Source: Phoronis australis (lineage: Eukaryota > Animalia > Phoronida). Taken from it: DNA of 64,000 nucleotides. Under the pieces are notes generated by a model, which saw only the letters and a program-made list of their open reading frames with translations, had not been told where the DNA came from and did not search any database. Below are positions 41,401 through 53,400 of the stretch, one piece after another. The stretch lies in assembly GCA_002633005.1 (NCBI GenBank), contig NMRA01000227.1:8623-72622 (forward strand), in the 5' to 3' direction. A program made the position numbers and the translations under genes. Each line of letters begins with the position of its first letter. Position 1 is the first letter of the stretch.

Positions 41401-44400
41401 CAGTTGTTCCTGTAAATAATACCCACTATTGGTGTTGTTTGACTCATAAACTAGTCGTGCTGAGCATCATATTATGACCTGTTCCAGCAGCAAAACACAC
41501 CAACTACATGTGTTTGATTGTGTAATTATTTGAACAATGTATTTCTAACATGTTTCCACTTCGATGCCAACTTTGTTCTTATTGGTTCACAACTCAGCCA
41601 TTGATGGATGCCATTCATCCTAACTAGCACTCTCAAGTATGACATAAATTTCCCTGGAACTCTACAGCCGACATAGCCACTACTCTCAAGTATGACATAA
41701 ATTTCCCTGGACCTCTATAGCCAACATAGCCACTACTCTCAAGTATGACATAAATTTCCCTGGACCTCTACAGCCAACATAGCCACTACTCTCAAGTATG
41801 ACATAAATTTCCCTGGACCTCTACAGCCAACATAGCCACTACTCTCAAGTATGACATAAATTTCCCTGGACCTCTACAGCCAACATCGCCACTACTCTCA
41901 AGTATGACATAAATTTCCCTGGACCTCTACAGCCAACATCGCCACTACTCTCAAGTATGACATAAATTTCCCTGGACCTCTACAGCCAACATCGCCACTA
42001 CTCTCAAGTATGACATAAATTTCCCTGGACCTCTACAGCCAACATCGCCACTACTCTCAAGTATGACATAAATTTCCCTGGACCTCTACAGCCAACATCG
42101 CCACTACTCTCAAGTATGACATAAATTTCCCTGGACCTCTACAGCCAACATCGCCACTACTCTCAAGTATGACATAAATTTCCCTGGACCTCTACAGCCA
42201 ACATCGCCACTACTCTCAAGTATGACATAAATTTCCCTGGACCTCTACAGCCAACATCGCCACTACTCTCAAGTATGACATAAATTTCCCTGGACCTCTA
42301 CAGCCAACATCGCCACTACTCTCAAGTATGACATAAATTTCCCTGGACCTCTACAGCCAACATCGCCACTACTCTCAAGTATGACATAAATTTCCCTGGA
42401 CCTCTACAGCCAACATCGCCACTACTCTCAAGTATGACATAAATTTCCCTGGACCTCTACAGCCAACATCGCCACTACTCTCAAGTATGACATAAATTTC
42501 CCTGGACCTCTACAGCCAACATCGCCACTACTCTCAAGTATGACATAAATTTCCCTGGACCTCTACAGCCAACATCGCCACTACTCTCAAGTATGACATA
42601 AATTTCCCTGGACCTCTACAGCCAACATCGCCACTACTCTCAAGTATGACATAAATTTCCCTGGACCTCTACAGCCAACATCGCCACTACTCTCAAGTAT
42701 GACATAAATTTCCCTGGACCTCTACAGCCAACATCGCCACTACTCTCAAGTATGACATAAATTTCCCTGGACCTCTACAGCCAACATCGCCACTACTCTC
42801 AAGTATGACATAAATTTCCCTGGACCTCTACAGCCAACATCGCCACTACTCTCAAGTATGACATAAATTTCCCTGGACCTCTACAGCCAACATCGCCACT
42901 ACTCTCAAGTATGACATAAATTTCCCTGGACCTCTACAGCCAACATCGCCACTACTCTCAAGTATGACATAAATTTCCCTGGACCTCTACAGCCAACATC
43001 GCCACTACTCTCAAGTATGACATAAATTTCCCTGGACCTCTACAGCCAACATCGCCACTACTCTCAAGTATGACATAAATTTCCCTGGACCTCTACAGCC
43101 AACATCGCCACTACTCTCAAGTATGACATAAATTTCCCTGGACCTCTACAGCCAACATCGCCACTACTCTCAAGTATGACATAAATTTCCCTGGACCTCT
43201 ACAGCCAACATCGCCACTACTCTCAAGTATGACATAAATTTCCCTGGACCTCTACAGCCAACATCGCCACTACTCTCAAGTATGACATAAATTTCCCTGG
43301 ACCTCTACAGCCAACATCGCCACTACTCTCAAGTATGACATAAATTTCCCTGGACCTCTACAGCCAACATCGCCACTACTCTCAAGTATGACATAAATTT
43401 CCCTGGACCTCTACAGCCAACATCGCCACTACTCTCAAGTATGACATAAATTTCCCTGGACCTCTACAGCCAACATCGCCACTACTCTCAAGTATGACAT
43501 AAATTTCCCTGGACCTCTACAGCCAACATCGCCACTACTCTCAAGTATGACATAAATTTCCCTGGACCTCTACAGCCAACATCGCCACTACTCTCAAGTA
43601 TGACATAAATTTCCCTGGACCTCTACAGCCAACATCGCCACTACTCTCAAGTATGACATAAATTTCCCTGGACCTCTACAGCCAACATCGCCACTACTCT
43701 CAAGTATGACATAAATTTCCCTGGACCTCTACAGCCAACATCGCCACTACTCTCAAGTATGACATAAATTTCCCTGGACCTCTACAGCCAACATCGCCAC
43801 TACTCTCAAGTATGACATAAATTTCCCTGGACCTCTACAGCCAACATCGCCACTACTCTCAAGTATGACATAAATTTCCCTGGACCTCTACAGCCAACAT
43901 CGCCACTACTCTCAAGTATGACATAAATTTCCCTGGACCTCTACAGCCAACATCGCCACTAGCACACATGGAAGTACGGAAAATCACCTATGAACAATAC
44001 AGCAAACTAGTGAAATTTTAAGGATAAAGAAGAAAATTCTAGTTCCTTTTTAGCTTGGTTTGAACAGTGTAGATCTCATCAAGCAACATTTGGTAAATTT
44101 TCTATTATTTGCAGTTTCAGAAGTATTCGGCCTTTGAAATATGACAATTTTGGCAAATATTTTTGTGTGAAATAAGTGAAAAATTACGGGCACAATTTGC
44201 ATGTTTTCAATCGATGATTAATTCAGCCTGAAAGTTATTAATTTCTCAAAATACCCTGCCAAAAACACTATTAATTTCCAACCACAGAAGCTATTTTTAC
44301 TTAAAAAACAATCTAAATCCCACACTTCGCCATTTTGACAATAACACTACAATGTTTGCCAATGTTGAATCAAGGGAGTATTCCACCAATCAAAAAAGTT

Positions 44401-47400
44401 ATTTCTGACACTTTACGTCGCATGCCAGAGAACATGAACAGAAGAGGCCTAATTGTGATTCGCTTATTTTCGAGTGAATGAAAATAAAAAACAATTGATA
44501 ACTAACTCGGCCGCTGCACGGACTTATTATTTTCCATTCAAAGGTATGAAACCAAAACTTACATTATACGTTATAAACAGAAACAAACAGGTCTATTATG
44601 CTGTTTTTACAGGCGTATTTCTTGCAGTCAGTGCATACTAGAGTAATGATGGTCGAATTTCAATACAGTGTTTGAATGTTCTTGTACATCTCAAAGTTCA
44701 GGTTTTGCTTGGCTGGACCATAACAACTCATACAAAAAATATGGGTGGTTGGATTCCAAACGAAATTAACACTCAAGGTTGGTGGGTTAGGAATGTAAAA
44801 CAAAACAATGACGACAGGCTTTTCTTGCAACATCCCTTGGTAAGGCAAATGTAACAAAACGTCCACTAGGAGGCACAGCAGTAGTTGGATCTGTTCAAAA
44901 GTCATCATTATCTGTCATCAGCAACATAGACACACACCTGACAATTTATAAAAAGATCTTGCAAGGGATAAATATATGAGAGAGCAGCAGATAACACAGA
45001 CAGGCACAATACAGAGACTTAGATACGACATACATAGTACCAGATGACACAGACAGGCACAATACAGAGACTTAGATACGACATACAGCACCAGATGACA
45101 CAGGCAGGCACAATACAGAGACTTAGATATGACATACATAGTAGCAGCTGACACAGGCAGGCACAATACAGAGATTTAAATACGACATACATAGTAGCAG
45201 ATGACAAAGGCAGGCACAATACAGAGACTTAGATATGACATACAGCAGCAGATGACACAGACAGGCACAATACAGAGACTTAGATATGACATACAGCACC
45301 AGATGACACAGGCAGGCACAATACAGATATTTAGATATGACATACAGAAGCAGATGACACAGACAGGCACAATACAGAGACTTAGATATGACATACAGAA
45401 GCAGATGACACAGACAGGCACAATACAGAGACTTAGATATGACATACATAGTAACAGCTGACACAGACAGGCACAATACAGAGTCTTAGATATGACAGCA
45501 GATGCAAGAAACATGCATGTACATGTGGGTGCATAACAAACAAGAACATGACTAAATGCAACAGTATGTCATACCTTCAATAACATCTTGGTAAGCTTGG
45601 GAAAGCTTGCGTAGTATGTTACAAGCTTATGGATGTGTTTGAGGATCACATTTACAATAGTAGCTTCAGCCACCTGGCTCATCAACTGTAAAATGATTAT
45701 AGTGTATTAATAAGTTAAGAATCAGAGAACTGAATACTCCGGCCAAACATGACGCATACTAATTTATACTATCATACAGCCATCTTTCCAAATTGCTTTA
45801 TGTTGTAGAACATGCGTTTGGAAAATAAGACATTTAAAATTCAAATTAAACAGATTTTTGTTAGTTATACACCAAAATGAATCAAAAAACCAAAAGCTGC
45901 GTGTCCTTGCATTCTTCAACAACAATCTTGGAGAAATTTAATGGATGTCTCAAGATCACCCAGAAACATAGGCAATCAAGTAACAATAAATGACCTCAAC
46001 ATGTTTGTGAAAAAATTTCAAAACTGTGAAAACTTGTAAAATCTTCCCTGGATTTAATTACCAACAATTTAAAATCAAGCAATGAATCAATGCTACCAAG
46101 CAAGGATATAACAACATGCAATATACTACGCCCTCCTTTTCTGTGACATTTATCTGTAATGCCGTACACCAGTAATGCCGTACACCATTAACGCAGTACA
46201 CTAGCAATGATGTACACCAGTAATGCCGTACACCAGTAACGCAGTACACTAGCAATGTCGTACACCAGTAATGCTGTACACCAGTAATGCTGTACACCAG
46301 TAACACAGTACACTAGCAATGCTGTACACCAGTAATGCTGTACACCAGTAATGCAGTACACAAGCAATGCTGTACACCAGTAATGCTGTACACCAGTAAC
46401 ACAGTACACTAGCAATGCTGTACACCATAAATGTTGTACACCAGTAATGCAGTACACTAGCAATGCTGTACACCAGTAATGCTGAACACCAGTAATGCTG
46501 TACACCAGTAACACAGTAAACTGGCAATGCTGTACACCAGTAAAGCTGTACACCAGTAACACAGTAAACTGGCAATGCTGTACACCAGTAATGCTGTACA
46601 CCAGTAATGCTGTACACCAGTAATGCTGTACACCAGTAACGCAGTACACTAGCAATGCTGTACACCAGTAATGCTGTACATCAATAATGTCCTTGTCCCC
46701 ATATGGCTATATGCTGCTGCAACGTTGACACCAAATGATAACGTAGGCTGACTTGGACTCCCACCTTCAGACAGGACAACAAAACGTAGACCTGCTGGTT
46801 TTAGGGGTTAGGAAAAAGTTTCCTTTCACAATTGTGGTGCGAAGTCCCAGATTTGCTAACAGATAGGCAGGGAAAGGCGAGATCAACCAATCTTTTTTGT
46901 CTGTCTCACTCAGAAATGTTTGGCGCCATAAACTTTTGAAAACTAGATCAATCAATCCGTGATGTTTTGTACCTGCCCTAAAGAGAGGAGTGACCATTAG
47001 TCATTCAATACAAACCACAATAAGATCTGTCAGATACATCTTAATGTCCAGCCTCAGTTTGGACCACAACTTGGTTGTAGAGGGCAGAGCAGGGCAGCCA
47101 GCTTTCTTCTTGGACTCTGGCACTTTCAGGATTACTTGGAAAGCAGACGGCAAATTTGTGAGACAAAGTTGCACAACCGCGTTGAACACTGAAAAGCAGA
47201 CAAATAGAAAAAACTATTGAAACTGAGTCTAACACTGCCTTGGGTTATACTACTTTGTTGCAACTCTACCCCTCCTTTTTGGATTCTTATTAACAATATT
47301 ATTGTTACAACTGGAAACTAGAAAGATTATTGTCACGGCGTGACAATAACGGACTCTGCGCGCGCATATTACTGGAATTATTATGGGAAGTTACTGACAG

Positions 47401-50400
47401 CAACCCGTTTACCAATATGAAAAGGAATTCTTTAAAATTGTAGGAGAAATTACATATTAATTTTTTGATGACCTTTCCACTAATTGACCTCTTCCGGTGC
47501 ATTATGAGCTCCCATGAGGGAGTAATTGCTAACTCGATTAAAAGTGTGGTTAAAGCTAAAAATCACAGATGTTTTACTTTAAGCACTTCAGAATACAAGA
47601 TGAATGATTTGGTAAAACTTTCAGAAGAAAAATGCACCTAATGACCCCATGGGTGCACCTAATGACCTGAAAATCTAGAATTCAAACTCATACGCACTTA
47701 GTAAACAGATATGTAATTTTGAAGTCTCAAGCTCAAAATTTAAGTTTGCACTCAATGACCTTTGACCTATTTTTTCTGATTGGTTAGGCCTATTGCGAAG
47801 TAAAATAGGGTATTCAATTGGCATGTTGACTTACACCAGTGTGCTGAAAATGAAAACGATTCCTTGAAAAACGTAAGAGATATAACATTTTGATCGTTAC
47901 ATGACCTTTGCACTAATTGACCATATCCGGTGCATTTTAAGCATCTTTAGGAGAATTATTGCAAAGCCCATGGAAAATCTGTTTAACGCTGAGAGTTGTC
48001 TAACGGTTGACACATCAGAATACTTGCTGATTGAAAAGGTCAAATTTTCAGAACAAAAATGCACCTAATGACCCCATGTTTGCACTAAATGACCTGAAAC
48101 TTTGGATTCCGATTTGATTTACCTGTGGCAATCAGACCTGTCAATTTGAAGTGTCTAGCTCAAAATTTTAGTTTGCACCTAATGACCTTTGACCTATTTC
48201 ACCTGATTGGATGACCCGATTACTTAGAAAAGTAATTTTTTATATTGTTATGTTGACTTATACCTGTGCACCGAATTTGAAAAAGATAGCTTTAAAAATG
48301 AAGGAGTAGCATTTTGAAAATTATATGACCTTTGCACCAAACGACCTCTTCCGGTGCAATATGGAATATGATTATATAACCAATCAAAATTTATATACTG
48401 TCAAAAGCCATATGCTGAATTTAAAGACCGTACCTGCACCCAATTTGGAATTATTAAGCCTCAAAGTTGGTCGGAAGAAGAATAAGAATAATAAGAATAA
48501 AATTGAAGAAAACCCAGGAACAACAGAACTCTGCGCTTACACGCGCGGAGTAAAAATAGTGATAATAATAGATAACCCAAACATAATCAAAATCTATTGG
48601 TTAAAGACTGGTTTAACCCAAACATAATCAAAATCTATTGGTTAAAGACTGGCTTAACACAAGCAAAACACCCAGTGACTACACAGATCAAAAAATTTCA
48701 ACATAGGACACCCTGTTCCCAGATATCATAAAACAACCTACTGGAAGTGCCTTCAACATAAAACTTTGATGATTCAGTATCGCCCCCTGTTGACCGCACA
48801 GCAGCTTTAAATGCTTGAATGGCAGTGTGCACAGCATGAATTGTGGGGTTGTTCTGAAATAACAACAATAACAAAAATATCAATAACAACAATAACAATG
48901 GTAGTGATGGTAGTAGTACTGACAGTAATTAGTGATCACAGCTTGAGACGTGTGTACCAGTCAATAAGTTGAACATTGCCTGCAATACTCAGAGCTTGGA
49001 ATGACCAATAACAAAAAAGAGGAAAATTTTCCAGGTGATGCATCGTTCCACAAACAGGCTTGTGTGATAGAAAGGTTTTTTATGTAATAAATTTTAACTG
49101 ACATAAACATTTTTGCATGGATAAAGTTAAAATAATGTTAAGAAAGAGACAAAAAAAGATGAAACTGGAAATCAAGCGAAAATTAAAACCAAAAAAGAGG
49201 AAATCCTCTAAAAAGAGGAAAATTCTAAGCCCTGAACACTAAAATATAAGAGTTGCGTCTTGGAAGACAATCAAAGAAAATAATAAAACATACAGTACAA
49301 GCCAAAAGAGAACAGACAAAATGGCCCATCATTTGTTGTCACAATGGCTGAGTGCAAATGGAATTCCACGTCATGACGGTTGAGTTTTAGTGGAAGTGAT
49401 GAACATAGGAGACTTCCACCATGATCGATAATCTACTGGGAAAGCTAATAAAGTGGAAAAGCTATTCAATATTCCTATAGTTTGAATCTAATCAATCACC
49501 AACAAACCTCCTGACATCTTTAAAACAGGCAACACGTGACAAATGCAGACGGCCAAATACGCCATCATTAGGTCACCTATTGTCACATTACAAGTCACAG
49601 TCGCCATATCTATTATCCCACTACTAAAAGTCACAGTCGCCATATCTATTATCCCACTACTACAAGTCACAGTCGCTATATCTATTATCCCACTACTACA
49701 TGTCACAGTCGCCATATCTATTATCCCACTACTACAAGTCACAGTCGCTATATCTATTATCCCACTACTACAAGTCACAGTCGCTATATCTATTATCCCA
49801 CTACTACAAGTCACAGTCGCTATATCTATTATCCCACTACTACAAGTCACAGTCGCCATATCTATTATCCCACTACTACAAGTCACAGTTGCCATATCTA
49901 TTATCCCACAACTACAAGTCACAGTCGCCATATCTATTATCCCACTACTAGATGTGAGAGTCGCCATATCTATTGTTCAATTATTTACCACACAAGCCAA
50001 CACTTTAATGTAGTAAACAGACCCATGCTCCAGGAATAGAGCATTTTGGCAACAGGAATAGATATACTGATTCTTATACCAGGCAGTAAAATATTCAAGA
50101 TAAAAATGTTCCTCTCTCTACATGCATGTACTTTGCAAATTAGTACTAACAATGTTTTGTTTGTGAATATGACTTTGCAATGATCGAGTTGTAAGCAGGC
50201 GCGGGTATGATCTTATACTGGATTTAAATAAAGTCCACCAAGAATTATTGAAAAAAACACGAAACATGAAGTTGTGATAATAGCCGCTATGAAAGATCAT
50301 GACATGTCATTACTTGTCATTTTCAACCAGAATAAACTAGGAAAAAACTGAGGCAGAATTGACTGTCTAGATGTAGCATCAATGGTACACCATACCACTT

Positions 50401-53400
50401 TTTCAGTTTTGCGGCGACCACATACATCATTAAACAACTAACTGCTCCCTGACTCAGAACGGCTCACACACATGCAGTTATACACTTGCCATATGATAAA
50501 TAATAGTTGAGCTGCAATACAAACGGAGCGCTGCATGGTCACTAATCATCTGCACACTGGAATCAGCTTTAACAAGGCAGCTCATCGCAAGATGGCCCAA
50601 CACTGTTACACCGTCATGTTTCATATTTATTCACCAAAGACTAATCTGAGGACAGTGGAACAAGTTTAGGCAAAATTTGTTGTACTTAATAGAGATTTTT
50701 GATCTTCATTTGGCAACATACTGGAATATCTTATCAGTATTTCTGCTAGCTGCTCGCCAGCTCACCATTGGCGAATTCTGAGTGGCACTGGCAATGGCAG
50801 AGCTAAGTCCGTTCGTAAACTTGGCAAGTGCTTTCGTAACTTGACAATGAAGATTAATTTCGGAAAAAACTACTCGCCTCAAGTCGTGCAGCAAGTAACA
50901 TTCTCACTTCGATTCGGAGTCCTAATAACAGCAAGTGAATGCTCCATTTCATGTCTGTCACTCCCCCTGAAATCACTCTTTTACCGCAACAAAATGTTCC
51001 ACTTTGTAGGGGGGTCAGTGGTCTTGGTAATGGCGATTTCTTGCTTCATAGCGAGATCTTGTCAAGGCTTGGAATGACCAATGACAAAAAAGAGGAAAAA
51101 TTTCCAGGAGATGTATCGCCCCACAAATAAATAGGCTTGTGAGATACAAATATATTTGTGCAATGTGAAATTTGGCTGAAATAAACATTTTTAATAAAGT
51201 CAAAATAATGATAAAAAAGAGGCAAAAAATTAGAGGAAATTTGAAATCAAATAAGAGGTAATTGAAACCAAAAAGAGGAAACCCTCTGCTGCTTGTCGTC
51301 TGCAAGTGACAATGTCAATGACGACTAGAAGACTTATTTCGGTGATAAACATGACCCAGTCTCTCAATAACTTTTTACATGGTGTGAGCCAGTCCAATAG
51401 CATTAATTATCCAGAGGATAAAACTGGACTGAGCTGAGCTGTCTCAACAATGCAATTTGGACTCAAGGTTTAAAATCATCATTTTTAAATTACATGGTTT
51501 AAAATCATCATTTTTAAATTACATGAATCTCTTCTAATTCAATACTAACTTTACTAATTTTCAGCGCATAATTGGTCATGTCAAAGATTGTTTGAGACTT
51601 AGCGATGACAATTTTCTTTTCAAGGAGTAAAAAGCGCAGATAACGCAGGGAAGAACAAGTGTGTTGTCTATTTTCAAATCAAAATACATCACGTCATATC
51701 TTGTCCGCTCGTTAATATCGCGAGTGCAAAAAGTTATTGAGAGACTGGGACATGTTTGAACCTTGGACACGGACGAAAGAAAGCAAGGTACAGCATAAAC
51801 GTCAGTTTGTTCTTACTGAATTTTGTATAACCTACTTTGCATGATTTAGCTTTATTTTTTTTTCTAGCCACAGGTTGTGTTTAATGTTTTTGGACACAAA
51901 TGTCTTGCTCATCGAAATACCCACACCGTAACCCAGGGATAGGGGAAATCTCTGCCCAATTTTTTTAGGACAACATCAGTGAAATGCCCAATGGTCGGCG
52001 TACCTCCGCATTTACCCGTGGATGGGGGAAGCTCTGTCCTAACTTTTTAGGTGATAATAAAACCCATGTTGGCTGACATTCCTCCACTTTAGATTGCAAT
52101 GTTCATCATTTGTTTTTTCCTGAGGCAAACATCTTATCTTATACTGTACATTATGAAAAAGACGTGTGCATAACATGAAAACAAAACAGTTCGATCCGAG
52201 TAAATGCACTTTCATTGTGCTGGTTGGGAAAAGAGAAGGTATTTCGCTAATAATTTTTGAAAAAGGCTAAAAGTTTTTAGGATGCTTTAGCCATTTTGGT
52301 TAATACCCTTAACAGTCTAGTGCGAGTCTAAAATAGCCGTGAAAAGTGAAACTTTTCGAGCACTAATTAATTTTTTCACTGCTGTCATAATGTTTTCTAA
52401 ATTTTTTCTGAATTGTTTCGTTGTTTATGTGACATTAGTTTTTGGTATGCATTGCGTGTGCCTATTTGTACTTGACACTCCAGTAGTATCAACAATCACA
52501 AATAACCTTAAATTGAACATAACATCAAATAGTATGTAATTTTGCACATTAAAAATCGTCAAAATGTCTATTGAACAATCAAAGCCTTACCTGTAAAGCT
52601 GCCGTCCACTGCTTAATCAATTTAGTCGTCACCATTTCAGCCTTGGCTGTAGTCTTTTGATTTGAACTTGCTTTCACATCATCTTCATCTGAGGTTGTGG
52701 CTTCACTATCATCACTAGCAACCTAGATATAAGAATGACACATAGCAATGTGAAAATAAATATTTAGTTGCACAAACCTTGACTGGAATAACTGTATCTC
52801 GCACCACCACTATTTCATTTGAATAATCCGCAGATGACAATGAACTTTTTCACTCTTCCATTAATGTAGAACTTCAAGTTTGGTTACTGGACTGTACAAG
52901 ATGCCAATGGCCAGTTGCATGAAACAGTCCCAAATAGGGACTCAACTAAGTCCCCTAAATCTTTTGCCTATTTGTTTTTTCTATACTCACAGATGTAATA
53001 TTTTTTCTATAATTTTATTTTTATTGTGGGTTCCTCTTTGACCAATGACCAGTGACATTTTCTAATATAACTAAAAGCTGAGCCCTAAATTCAGCCAAAA
53101 TAATTAGGGACTTAGTCTTTTCTCCATGATAGAAAGTAGCAACCTATATGAATAAAAATAACCACAGTTTTAAATTGACTTGACATGTTTCGGTGTCATA
53201 TAGGCGAAACTGTTCGCAATTTGAAAACCAGGACCAGGGAACATCTAAATTCCGACAGAAGTTCACATGTAAATATTCATCTACAGAGCTCCAATCATTG
53301 TTATCAACAGTGCTCTTTCAATGACTTTGCAATAATAGACCAGGCAGAAACAACAAAGGAGCTTAAAATATGTGAGGCTCTACACATCAGTTGGTGCAAG

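Noticed and set aside
41629-43961. CRISPR-like regular repeat array
   Set aside because: Units are head-to-tail with no unique spacers, there are no cas genes, and the context is a eukaryotic intron.
49488-50013. Repetitive ORFs (also 35471-35879, 45123-45514, 46188-46665, 55851-56267, 58722-59046)
   Set aside because: Stop-free translations of intronic minisatellites with no splice or domain support.
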